Below, piece after piece: positions 28,809-41,943 of a DNA stretch of 64,000 nucleotides (within the stretch, counting starts at the first letter, position 1; the number at the start of each line of letters is the position of its first letter). Source of the stretch: Schmidtea nova (taxonomy: Eukaryota); assembly GCA_044892505.1 (NCBI GenBank), contig CM097882.1, forward strand, positions 44,950,001 through 45,014,000, given 5' to 3'. The notes below the pieces were generated by a model, which saw only the letters and a program-made list of their open reading frames with translations, was not told where the DNA came from and did no database searches. A program made the translations under genes and the position numbers.

Positions 28809-31800
28809 NNNNNNNNNNNNNNNNNNNNNNNNNNNNNNNNNNNNNNNNNNNNNNNNNNNNNNNNNNNNNNNNNNNNNNNNNNNNNNNNNNNNNNNNNNNN
28901 NNNNNNNNNNNNNNNNNNNNNNNNNNNNNNNNNNNNNNNNNNNNNNNNNNNNNNNNNNNNNNNNNNNNNNNNNNNNNNNNNNNNNNNNNNNNNNNNNNNN
29001 NNNNNNNNNNNNNNNNNNNNNNNNNNNNNNNNNNNNNNNNNNNNNNNNNNNNNNNNNNNNNNNNNNNNNNNNNNNNNNNNNNNNNNNNNNNNNNNNNNNN
29101 NNNNNNNNNNNNNNNNNNNNNNNNNNNNNNNNNNNNNNNNNATTGTATGATTGAGTATAATTTGTTACAATAAAGTAAAATGGTTTGTTATTTAATATTC
29201 AATGGTAGGGAAAAGTATAGAAGAGCCATAAAATGCATACATTAATTCAAGTACACAGTGAAAATGGGTAATCTGGACATTCAAAATTGTCCGGATTGTA
29301 TACAAAATTAGTGTCCGCATTATCCATATTAACTATGTATATTTTTTTTAAAAAGAAAACATTAAAATGTTTTTGATTTATATATATATATATATATATA
29401 CTCTGGCTTTTTGTGCTTTTGATATAATATAAATAATATAAATTGCTCAGAAATTAGTCAACTAATAAGTATTGAAATAAAACATCAATCAAATTAGTTA
29501 TATAGCAAATTTAGAATTATATTGAGATGCATTTCAATGTTTTTTTAAAAATATATATATTCCTGTAATATACACTATCAGGCGCTAAATAAATTCACTA
29601 AAAAGCGGATCATATTTATAGGTTTATTACTGATTACAAAATCACTGTAAGCTGAAATAAAATTTTATTAATCTCAGTAAAATTTATAAAAAATGTTTAT
29701 TTTAGGATTAAATAATTTTATTCTCAGTCTTACAAGTTAAACGTTTGGAATAGTTTTCCCAATATACGTGGCATTACACTTATTACAAATAACGTGTGAT
29801 ATGGAATAAAGAACTATTTTTTTCGAAAAACCATGNNNNNNNNNNNNNNNNNNNNNNNNNNNNNNNNNNNNNNNNNNNNNNNNNNNNNNNNNNNNNNNNN
29901 NNNNNNNNNNNNNNNNNNNNNNNNNNNNNNNNNNNNNNNNNNNNNNNNNNNNNNNNNNNNNNNNNNNNNNNNNNNNNNNNNNNNNNNNNNNNNNCTTATT
30001 TTATTTATTAATCAATCAATTGTTAAATTGTTAATTCAATCAATTAACTTGACATGCAGAAAACTGAATTTATAATTCAACTAACTTTTGATAAATGGAC
30101 TAACAATGAAACAGATAACCCTCAAATTGCACGATTGATTCCGTCTGTGTAAAGTCAAAGCTCAGAATTAGTGGCGAAAGATGGTGTAACTCAACGAGTA
30201 TGTGTAATTTTGGTTTCATCAGTGTGATATACATCCAGATTCAGAAATCTTTAATTTTTACATTATCAAAATTGATGAATCACTAAAAACCTTAGAAACA
30301 TTAAAACTAATCAAGAAAGCAATAAACGGTTTTGGTTTATATTTGAAATTTGTCATTTTTGCACTGATTCATTATAGTTTAGCGGTATAGTTGAATTATA
30401 GTGTAAAAATATATTGACCAAGGTGAAAGATTTTCGTATAGAATTCTCATTGTTCTTGATTGTCGCACTATGTTCAAAATCAAAACATTTTACAACTGAT
30501 GTTGAACCTTCATCCCCAATAAGAAGGTCAAGATTTTTATTTGTGTTTCACAATAAATGACTTTTCTTTTTCAATGGTTTGTAATTTTAGACATTTTTAT
30601 TTACACTTTATTGTAAAATCAATCAAATACCACGAATTTGAAAAGAAAATATTCATATATACCTTTTTCTAATCTCTAATGAAAATTTATTTTAGCTTTC
30701 TTCAAACATCCATGCATTTTAAGCACCGCGATCGAGGTGAATATTTACAAACTCTGTTAAAAGAAATAAATCATGTGAAAAATATGGACTTTTTTTCTTG
30801 GATTGTGTAACTTTAAAATCGTTTAAAAAGGATTTGGTGTACACAAAACTAAAAAAGATATAATCATCAGCAAAACCGCTAAATTGTAAAATAACCGAAT
30901 TTAAACGGCCAATTCAATCACCGGTCATTTTAATCAGTCTAATAGCTTTAGGTATATAATTTTCTCAAACTTTCTCGTGCTAGATTTTCAATTAAGTTAT
31001 CTTATTTGAAACTAAATTTAAATTTAATTGACACTAACTAATCAAGGGATGATTTAGTGAAATATTTTAAAACACTCGTTTCATTGGATTAAAATATTTT
31101 TTTTCTGTTACGATTTGTTATAGAATTTTACAATAACTGGGACATGAATAAACATTTAATAGCCGTCAAAGACTTTATTTGAAGTCAATAACAATTAATT
31201 TATTTCTTTTATTACAAACCAAACATTCATTTTTTAGATTTTTAAAATTTAAATAATCTCTAATTTAATGGACGTGGCCTGGAGTGTTATATGACATTTG
31301 TTATATGAAATTACGTGAAGCACTACTCCCCAATAAAAGTAATATTCATTAATTAGCATTAGAAAAAAGGATATTATGATTAAAATTGAAAAGTTACGTT
31401 CAAATGGAATTTGCATGTGAATATGCCGAAGAAAACACATGAATATTCAATTTCACACGGTAATGTAATTATATATTCACTATTACATAATAAAGTTGTT
31501 CATGTGAGAACAGTGTAATTTTTAAGCCGTGTAAAGAAAGGTTTGGGTATATAATTATTTCATTAGTAATTTAATATAATTTAAAAATTGCTTAGTCTTT
31601 TCCGCAGTGTTTATTAAAAACGGGAAATCAGATATCGTGTAGGTCTATTGAAGATTGAAATATTTCAGTGTATAAACGCTGCGGAAAGGGCTTATCAATT
31701 TTAAAATTATATAATTATATTTTAAAATATTCCTATACGTCTGAAACCCATTTTAAAATTATTAATATCCATAATTAATTGCACGTTTTTAATTATTTTA

Positions 31801-32798
31801 ATTTGAATATTTAATGGTGGAGTCTTTCAACTGACGATGATACATTTTTATCTGAATTCTCGTGCGCTAAAATCAATGATAACAAACAGCCAACAATGAC
31901 TTAATTAAAAATCACAAGACACAATTGTATTTCAATATTGTTTACATGATTTTATTAAGGGAAATGTCTATTCAAAGGATAACTGTCCATTTCAAACTTG
32001 TCAATTTCTAATCTGTTCATCCTCAACTATAATCGATCAAACTCTAAAATAACTCTAAAACACTATTGGTAATTTTGTTTATTCAATTTTGCTTTTAGCT
32101 ATTAGTATCGTCAATCATTGTGGTTGTCATCTGTAACTAGTTTATTCATATTTTGGTTTTTCGTTCCGCAGTTTGACAGGCCACTGTCAAATAAATAAAT
32201 TTTGTTTATACTCTTCAGATAAGTTGCTAGTGGTAAATAAATTTAAAATTAATTATTGTTTTTTTAGAAATTATGACCCTGGATATTATCATATTCATTT
32301 TTATTTGGTAATTTATTACGTTTCCACTCCATAAAATATTGATTTTCAGGTATTATAATTTTTTTATAAATTTTGTATATTTAGTATGATCTCAACATTA
32401 ATATTATTTTTATTATTATTATTATCAATATCAATATCAATAATTCCCATAATGGTAAGACTTTAGATCAAAATTTTTTTAATTAATATGTACTTATCTA
32501 AAGAAATTTTGATCTATTGTCTTACCATTATGGGAATTATTGACATTATTATTAAAGAAAGATCAAAGTTGAAACAAAAAGATAATTATGATAATATTAT
32601 TTATTATTTATTAATATTAATATTATAATTATATTATAATTATAATATAATTATAATATAATATAATATAATTTTAAAAATAAAAATAATAATAATAATT
32701 AAAATATTTATTATTGTATAATAGTTTATTAAAATTACTGTCATTTTAAATTTACAGAATTTTTTCTCATGGTTTAAAATTAAATTTACAATACTCAC

Positions 32799-33156
32799 TT
32801 TACAGAAAGACTAAATCCACTGCTAAGCAGTTCACTTCGTCGTAATATAAAGGCCCCATCAGGCTGTACAAACATACCTGTGATAGATTCCAGCAAGATT
32901 TCTTCGGCTCTTTGACGACTGCAATTGGGTAAGTACCAGGGATTCGGTAGCAATCGGATATAATTAAACGGAACCAGCCCAGATTTTTGTTTATACTCCG
33001 CTCGATACCAATTTGGATCAGATTCCATGTCAATTATCTAGAATTAAATTAGTAAAATTATTCAAGATTTAATTTTACATTTATAATAGCTTCCTTATTA
33101 AATCCTAAATCATCAGAATCTGTCGGAACAAAGTCATGAAGAGCAATTGCCTCCAT
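32799..33156 (-). CDS. GRB2: GRB2/Drk/Sem-5-like SH3-SH2 adaptor, first two coding exons (33156-33079, 33037-32799); later exons not located
   Basis: MEAIALHDFVPTDSDDLGFNKEAIIN | IIDMESDPNWYRAEYKQKSGLVPFNYIRLLPNPWY...AEEILL...DGAFILRRSE...FSLSVK aligns with GRB2 (MEAIAKYDF..., WYKAEL, FIPKNYI, DGAFLIRESE, FSLSVK). 41-nt GT-AG intron at 33038-33078; GTGAGT donor inside the Lys codon. Confidence 0.85.
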
Positions 33157-33554
33157 CTAAAATTCAAAGCAATAAAAGGTGATAACTTTTTGATTAACAT
33201 CAATTTAAATTATCAATAAAAATTTTCAAAAATGTTTAAATTAAATAAGGAAAAATGTTTGTTACTTTAAAGTAGTATAAAATTTTTAAAATAAGTATAA
33301 AATTTAAAAATTCATTGGCATGAATTGTAAAATCTTTAAAAATTGACTTGTTATAACAAATCTGGTAAACAATGAAATTATATTTATAAAAAATTTGATT
33401 TTTATTTGTTAAACAATCAAAAAATTTCGGTATTTTTTACATTAACATTAGTATAATAAAGCTTTCTTATTCAAAGTACATAAATTTAGTAACCAATTGC
33501 TTTTAATTCTATTTTATATGTTTTTAGTAAAACACGATATATTATATTATATTA

Positions 33555-34149
33555 CCGTATATACTCGTGTATAAGCCGAGAAATTTTGGGCAATTTTTTA
33601 AGCTAATTTTTTCCATTCGGCTTATATACGGGTAACAAAAACCAATATTTTTTGCCAGCCAAAAAAACATTAATTTTAATTTAAAAAATCATATTTAATT
33701 TAACACTCTTGTAAGATTAAAAAGTAAGATACCATTCCAATTTTTGTAAATTATAATATTGATTTTATACTAGTATTTATTGTTTGCAAAAAACTTTGGT
33801 GCAAACACTCGGTATTTCAAAATATTAAATTGTATTATTAAATTGTAATTATTAAAATGTGCATTAAATTATTATTGTTGAATTATTTACATATACTTCG
33901 AAATAAAAATTTTCCCAAAAAACAATTTTTTGTCTAACATGTTGCTCAATTGTGAATTTCTCAAATTGTGCACATGTCAAAAACAAGATTTTGTGATAAT
34001 TTAAATAATTCGTCAGATTTTAGCTATTTTTTTACCTCGGCTTATATACGGGTACTTGATTTTGGACAAAAAATTGACTATAAAAACTCACTTCGGCTTA
34101 TATACGGATCGGCTTATATACGGATCGGCTTATACACGAGTATATACGG
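33555..34149. mobile_element. Non-autonomous Tc1/mariner (pogo/Tigger-type) MITE
   Basis: Perfect TIRs CCGTATATACTCGTGTATAAGCCGA / TCGGCTTATACACGAGTATATACGG, TA on both flanks, internal TCGGCTTATATACGG repeats. Confidence 0.9.
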
Positions 34150-34181
34150 TATATTATTATTATCATTATTACATATTAGTG

Positions 34182-36390
34182 GGTTGTTGATCGTCAATAT
34201 GACCTTGAAGTTGCTATGTCTCACATCAACAACTCAACATACAAAACATTAGAATAACCATCTTGTTGCCCATCACAATGTAACGTTGGTAATGCAACAA
34301 ATGGGTGGGTATTTGCAATCAGTGAGCTTCGAAAATTCGAAGCTATGATTGACCGAATATCTCCTGGGTTCAAGGGCTGTCGATAGAAGGTTGATTGTCC
34401 ATTTCATCCCTTTCTTAACGATTTAACTACCTATATCTATTGAGAATTAGCGAAGTAAAGGTTTTATTGACTAAAATTTATTAATCTGTCTTAATTGATC
34501 TTTCCTTACCAATTGTTATTCATTTTTCACCAAGTGTTCTCATCATGAATTTCACAGTCAAACAACAAGTTAAATTAACACACAAATCAAGAATTTAATG
34601 TGATTACAAGGAAATTTAAACAAAAACTAATATACATCATAATGAAAATATTAACAACGAAAATCACTTTCTCATAGCAAAGTTAGTCAGAAGAGTCCGA
34701 TTAAATTAATTTCAGGTCGAAAATTTTGGTGGACTCCTTTTGCAATTGACTTGATAAGCTTGATATTTTCATATAAAGTTATCGGTTAGACAATTATGAA
34801 TGGTACAACTAAACTTCAAATAGAAAAAGTTAAACATAAATATACTGGATAAGATCGTCATCATAGGGCATGACTTTTTAAACCTCCCATACCGATGAAG
34901 CAACAACACACAACAAAAAAAATAAAATTAATAAAATTAAAAAATCCTCACATGATAAGGTGGTGTCCGGACGTTAAAACTAGTTTGTAGTGTCCCTTTC
35001 AGTGGAATTCTTCTTTGATAAATCTTTTGAACTTTCTTCTGAACCAGAACTATCTCGGAAAGACAAATCTTCTTTGGAAATTTTCTAACAAAAGCTCGAA
35101 TCTCTCAAAATGATTTTTTCGTAACTTAAAAGAATTTTCAAAGTTTTTCTTCAAATTCTCAGAAAATAAAATAAAAAGAATTTTCCACGGACTCTTCGCC
35201 ATTCTAATAAAATAAAATAAAATTTCCGCAAATTATGACACAAATTTTGCCTCCTGCCATTTTGATGGTGGTATATATACAACTCTCTGCATATTATTTT
35301 CATTGAGGTATTAAAACAAATTGTTCTACAAGGAGTTTCTAATTTTCTCGAAATTAATTTCAACAATTTTCCGCAAAATCAAATTAATATTTTTACATAA
35401 AATGTTCATAAAACTTTAAATAATTTATTTTTAATCCAAAATTTTACTTTTGAATTAATGTTTATTTTAATTTTATTTAATTTGTTGTATTTTTGACCAA
35501 ATTGTTTTCTTTTATATTTTTACGAAGTTTTAAGATAAAATCGCAATTTTTCTTCTGAAAACATGCTAAATTTCCATAACCGAGGTTTTATATCATGAAT
35601 GCGTTCTCCATGTGCATATTCGATGTGTTTTCTGTCTATTCGAGCTTTTTAAACGTGCTTCTTTTAACCAATTTTGGTTTTACTTGATGTTTGGGTTTAA
35701 GGACTTGTAAATTAAAACCTTGCGCGTTCTTTATTGGTTAATGTGCTTTTGTCCACTTTATTTTTTAGGCGTGTTTTCATTTAACCACTTTGTTTTTAAT
35801 TCATGTTTTGGTTAAATTAGGATCTTGCGTGCTCTCTACTTGTTGTGTTACCGTTTCATTTAAACAATATTTTGTTTTCGCCCAACAATATATATAAAAG
35901 CCTAATCACTGTATGTGTCTGTAACGCTGATCACATAAGACATTCTACTTACTATAGTAAGTAGATTAAAATTGAAATTTATTAAAATTTATTAAAATAA
36001 ATTTATTAAGTTGATTTATTATCAGCGTTACAGACACATACATACAGTAACAAGGCTTTAAGTATTCAAACTATTTACCCGTGCTAGCACGGGATAAACC
36101 TAGTTTTATAAATAAATAGCAAGGATAGTAATAATAATAATGATAGGTTGTTGATCGTCAATATGACGTTGACGTTACTATGGCTCCCATCAACAACTCA
36201 ACACATAAAACATTAGATTAACTACCTTGTTGCCCGTCACATTGTAACGTTGGTAATGCAACAAATGGGTGGGTATTCGCAATCAGTGAGCGTCGAAAAT
36301 TCAAAACTATGATTGACCGAATATCTCCTGGGTTCAAGTGCTACCAATAGAAGGTTTAATGCCCATTTTGTCCCTTCCTCAATGATTTAT
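34182..36390 (+). repeat. Diverged ~240 bp direct duplication (34182-34425 and 36146-36390)
   Basis: Shared blocks such as GTAACGTTGGTAATGCAACAAATGGGTGGGTAT and TATGATTGACCGAATATCTCCTGGGTTCAAG. Confidence 0.85.
35908..36047. mobile_element. Small MITE-like inverted repeat
   Basis: CTGTATGTGTCTGTAACGCTGAT ... ATCAGCGTTACAGACACATAC around an AT-rich core. Confidence 0.5.
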
Positions 36391-37978
36391 CTATAAGCAT
36401 TCAACAAAATTTTATCGGCTTTTCAACATAAATAATCTATGTAACTTTAAATTTATTATTACATCCAAATAAATCATTCCGAGCATCAAAAACACTAACA
36501 AAACATTAAATTTTACTAATTTATGTTAATTATTAATTAAATGCATTCTTAAATAAAATTTTAATTTACATTTGAAATAAAATAAAATAAAAACTTTAAT
36601 TTTTAATTTACGAAAATGATTTTATTTCTACCTTAGGTTTTTCCCATTTTTATATCTTTAAATAATTTTCCTGATTTAAATTTCCATAAATTTCCCTTTG
36701 TTTAAAATTTATTTCAACGTTGAAGAAATTTAAATGATGCTCCGATTCTCTAAGCATTGAATTTGGAAAGTTTGTTTATTGACAAAACAAGTATATTCAT
36801 TAATTAAAATTGATAAATTGAAATTAATTATTCCATAGCGTCTGAATGCGGAAGCTGGGATCAATTGTTACAAATCAATTTTACTATACAATGTCAATTC
36901 CAAGCTGCCAACAGAGTTATCGAATTAAAGCATCAGTTATTGATTTCTATCGGAATACATTCAAATGAATTGCCCAAATATTATTCCAATATCCTCCCAA
37001 TTCAATACGGGAATTCAAAAAAAATATCTTTTCACTTCTCAACGACAAAAACTATAAAGGTTAGAGCCTTGAGAATACAAGTGAACGGGACTATTAATAA
37101 TGGTCGACAAACAATTTTTATTCTCTTTACAATAAAAATAAACATTGGCTGTGATTCTTGATTTTTTATGAAATGTTAAATTACTTTATAATAAAGGCTA
37201 AAAGTTAGTTATCGATTTTTACTTTAGCTGACATTTTTGTATAAAAAAAAATAACGTTGTTGTTTTTTGTGGTTGTTAGTCCTCATTTTACCGGAAGTTT
37301 TAGACTGATTTTATAATATAAAAATAAATACTAAAATAAATATGATATTGTATTTTGGTTGAGTGAAATGGATAGTTTAATAGTATAAGAGTGAATGAAA
37401 CTTTTGCATGGTCTTGCTGGAGGTATACCTTTTTATGTATGATGTGGGAACAATGACTGCGAGTTTGTGAGTTTATATACTTTTGTGTGTTGAGATGAAT
37501 ACGCTATTGTTATGATTTTGTGATTGCATGTTGAATAGATTGTTGGGTGAAATAGGTAATGATGGATGTAAATGCTTGAGTAAATTCTGGAAGTATGATG
37601 CAGACACATGTTATCAAATGAGTTTTGGGTGTGTATTTTATGGGTGTTTGATGCAGTTGGGTACTATTGAGTGAAACGATTTAGCGTGTGTTGATGTTAG
37701 AATGAATTTTTGTATTATATTATATATGGATGGTACTAATGAATGAAATGGATGTTGTGATTTGCAAATATGGATGTGTTATGATTTTGTGATATCGTGA
37801 GGGGTATTTTACAAAATAATATTTATTTATATATAGAATATTTTCAGTATTAAAATAATAATAATAATTTTATAATACTTTCTACAAATTTTAAATTTAT
37901 AATTTTATAAAATTTACATAATAATATAATTTTTATAATACGAAAAAAAAATTTGGATTTTAATTTTTTATAATTTAA

Positions 37979-37980
<2 letters not shown>

Positions 37981-38052
<72 letters not shown>
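37981..38052. repeat. (AT)n microsatellite
   Basis: About 36 AT units. Confidence 0.95.
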
Positions 38053-38054
<2 letters not shown>

Positions 38055-41000
38055 GATAATCATTTTAACTGTAAATTTTTCTACAAAAGTTCAAATTTAG
38101 AATTTTATAAAATATAAAAATTTCTAATATAATAATAAAATTTTTGATTTTTACATTTTAATATAATAATAGAAAATTTTAATTTATAATTTTACATTCC
38201 AACATAAGTTTTAATTTATTATTTTACATTTTAGGAAAATCTCGATTTATAATTTTTATACATTGATTTTTACATAATATAATATCTATAAAAGTATATT
38301 TTTATCTTTATAGCAAAATTTGAAATTCCATAAAATTTATACAATAATAAAATTTTTATTCACAAATTTCGTAATCTAAATAGTTCAATCTAAAAAACTT
38401 TATATTTTAAATTATTTACAAAAATAAATTATAAATTTTTACAAAACTAATTTCCATATATGGGTTTCTAAAAATAATGTACATAAAAATTCAAGCCGGT
38501 TCTTTTCGCGACTCTAATATTAAAAAATTCTTTTTGCAATTCTTAGAAGTCTTCATCAATGAGGTACACGATTTCGAGTAAAAATTCAACGATCTATTAT
38601 CGATGTTTAATCTGTAAGCATTATTCAATATACCATTTTACTACTCTTTGAGTGGTCATTTACAAGTTTTTATACGTTTCATTTTTTTCCGATCGACTTT
38701 GCGAATTCTTTCATAGTAAAGTGAAGATGACGTTTATTGAGCGAAGTCGATTGACGAAAGGAATGTCTATTTCTGATTCATTTTTATTATGTTCACATTT
38801 TTATGTAGTTGTAAGAGCTATGTGATTTAATATAAATAAAAATAACTACAATATTATAAATAATATATTCATTTGCGTCTATGAATACCATATCGCATTT
38901 CAAAAAAATGTAATAGGTTTCTAGACTTTAATTACTTTGAACAGACCTTGCGCTTGGTCAAACCACTACTCCTCATATAGCCAAGTATGAGATGAAGCGA
39001 GATAGGATGTGTGCGCCTACTTCGATGAAAATATGGATCAGAACACTGAAAGGATTCTAGCAAACTAATGATCAACCAAAGCGAATAATTATGGTACAAC
39101 GACTAGGTGGACCATCATCAGACGTATGAAAATAGTTTTAATAAAAAAAATTATAAATGTGTATAGGATAAATAAATGAATATCAATATAAACATGTTAG
39201 GTTGTGAGAAAATATGATCAAAGTAAAAATTTAAAACTTGAATAGAAAAATTATAATAATCATTACATATTTTACCATAAGATAACACTTTATCAAACAT
39301 TGAATAAAAGGAAAAAACAAATCAGAATACCAACGGCAGGGTAACATGGCATGATTTGCTAGCCTGCATAACATAAAATTCATGGTTCTTACATATTCAA
39401 ATAGTTTCTCCGCTTGGTTGGAATACGATTTCTAGAAATTTTTCGAGGGGTTCGCCTTCCGAGAATTTTCTCAAACGATTTTAAGCAAATTTATCTCTTT
39501 AAAATTTCACTGCTAAAAACGTTTCAAAATTTTAAGCACCAAAATTTCAGAAATTCTGCAAATTCGGAACTTCAGAACTGAAACCAGAATTTTGATGGCG
39601 GCATTTATACTTTCTCAAAAATCCCATTTTCGCTGAGACATCAAAACAAATTGTTCTGGAAGGAACTATCTGACTCTTGTTGGGCCAGCCAAATCGAGCA
39701 GCATCTGAAAATAATATACAATCAATAAAATAAATTGACAACAGAATAACAACAAAATAAATTACCAACACCAAAGCGTAATAAAATAGGCGGCAACATC
39801 TAAAAGAAATAGAGTATTAATAAAAACAACAAAAATCTTCATAACTCACTCATGCGAAGCAGATAAAATCGGAATATGACAGCGCGTGGGCGGATGTCAC
39901 CGAAGAGCTAAAACAAAATCAAATAAAAATTAAATCATACAAAAATAAACTTACCGCATGATTAACCAAATAAATCGGTGAGTTAAGTTAGGCAGCAAAA
40001 AGCCGACAACATGAAAAAATGAATCAAACATACACACATACTCGATGCTGATTGGCTAACCAACAACACCGGCTGAGTATAAATACTGAAGGCAAATCAG
40101 TATTCATTCAATCATTGTGAAGTCATTTTTTACTGAAGTGTAACTTGCAGTTGAGCACTGAGAACATTGTAAATCCAACTTGAAGGAAAAATAAAAGGTA
40201 ATTTGGAGTTATGTTTTGATGTATTTAAACCCTCATAATTATGTAAAAATCCATAAGGTTTTCCGGAGGCCTAACAGCCTGACGGATTCTTTGGCCTCTC
40301 AGCGCAACACACCTTATCGGTTGTGAGGTGCTGATGCGGCGGGACCATAAGTTTACTAAATACTTGATGGGGGAAAGGGGGATGCACATAGGGTATCGAG
40401 TAAGACCTAACGATCATGAACTAAATCAAGGTAGAGACGATCTAGTACCAACGCTATACATCACGATGATAGGGTATCGAGTGACAGTTGATGGTCATAA
40501 ATCAAATCAAGGTAAAGCTCATTTCGCAAGGGAGGATATATGCATGAGGTATCTTGACGAGGGGGTGTACCTTCAAGGAGTGCTAGTACATCAAAAGTCG
40601 ATGAGAATCGAGATAGGCAAAGCGTAACATCGCGGTCAAAAGACATTAGTACCAAGGGGCAGTAGTGAACCGAATGAGTTGCTAATATATACATATAACC
40701 CGCTAAGGGCATGAAAAGTCAGACCCGATAGTAGATAAAATTAGTGTGTTTCTCAACCAGGTAGTTGACTAAGGGATTACTAAACTTTCCCCGTGACGCG
40801 AACCTTGATAGTTGCTGATGATGATCTGTAAACGAACCATGTTGAATGAATGAAAATGATCGATGAGAGATTAAATGTAACGTAAAATATGATTGTAAAT
40901 AACAAGCCAAAATGAGCGTAGCTAAAACCGACTGAAATTGCGGAGTGAATCAACTCACCAAGTAAAGTCACCACCTACATGAACATCGCGACCAATGGTC

Positions 41001-41130
41001 TAGTAAATTATATACTAGCTACTAAGGCCTACGGCTAATAGAACGATAAACCAAGTAGGTTGATCGACATAAATATCGATGGTCGATGATAGAGTCTGTC
41101 AGTTAACCTAAAATTCCATTTCAGAGTGAC

Positions 41131-41766
41131 ATGATGAAAACAGAATGTCTCATGAAGGAGCCGGTAGGACCCCTAACCGTCAAATTAGAGGAGTACATTC
41201 TCCGGAGGAAACGACGCATCCGCTCCGTCATCACACCAAAAATACCTACCGAAATCCAAGGAGAGAAGGAGGCCCCACGCCAAATTTTCAACTCCGCACG
41301 TAGACACCTGCGTCGATGGACAAGGACCCATATGAGCACAGCGGCAAGTATTCCCGCCTGTGCATTCCAACTACAGCTGAGGTGGGAAGGCGATGTCGAT
41401 TGGACGCCCTCCCCGAACCCCACCAAGGATGGATACGAAAGATGGTTCTATCAATTTGTAGATGAAACACAACAACCCCGCTGGGTACTAAGCACCGGAA
41501 TGATGACCGGGCAGGCATTCGGCCAACTCGGGTATTTGCTGCTAGACAGGCCTCGGTGTGGTGACACTGGGGAAGTCTTAGTTTACCCGAGCGCCCCAGG
41601 CAGTGTTTCCGTGGATCAACCCCCCGAGCCCAAAGACCTTCGCCTCTGGGAGGTGTTCATTTATCAAAACAAACTGAGTTGGAATCCGGCCCCCGAACTA
41701 TACCATGAAACAGGGATTCGCCGAGACGAGAACCCGGCCGATCAAGAGTTAAGACCATACAATTGA
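41131..41766 (+). CDS. LTR-region ORF A, 211 aa, unknown function (basic RRKRRIR motif)
   Basis: Long GC-balanced ORF with an ATG start; TTTCAG acceptor ends 6 nt upstream; ATTAAA/AATAAA and a GT-rich tract downstream. Confidence 0.6.
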   Translation: MMKTECLMKEPVGPLTVKLEEYILRRKRRIRSVITPKIPTEIQGEKEAPRQIFNSARRHLRRWTRTHMSTAASIPACAFQLQLRWEGDVDWTPSPNPTKDGYERWFYQFVDETQQPRWVLSTGMMTGQAFGQLGYLLLDRPRCGDTGEVLVYPSAPGSVSVDQPPEPKDLRLWEVFIYQNKLSWNPAPELYHETGIRRDENPADQELRPYN

Positions 41767-41943
41767 TCACGAGGACGACACCCCAATGAACGAACACCTG
41801 TTGTAAATTAAAAATATATGTATCCATTTAAAAGGGTTTTGTTTTGGTTTTGGATGCATGTGGAATGAGTAAGGATAAGGGTGCAGTTGTTTAACAATAA
41901 AATGGTGACTGAGAAACCAAACGATACATACATACCCTAGTTA

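Noticed and set aside
1007-29994. ORF-track entries made mostly of X (1007-1201, 12535-12779, 28196-29154, 29796-30075)
   Set aside because: Artefacts of N gaps.
30263-30550. About 95-codon open frame on the minus strand as a possible later GRB2 exon
   Set aside because: No SH2/SH3 similarity and no clear splice sites.
31249-31440. YYFYWGVV segment as a possible SH2 continuation of GRB2
   Set aside because: Similarity to KYFLWVV is weak and surrounding residues do not fit.
36838-37161. Possible host exon after a TTCCATAG acceptor (SECGSWDQLLQINF...)
   Set aside because: No recognisable family and no clean upstream exon; unsupported without RNA data.
40328-40974. Short ORFs in the left part of the putative LTR
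   Set aside because: GTG/TTG starts, under 100 aa, overlapping an ~80-bp tandem duplication, no recognisable motif.
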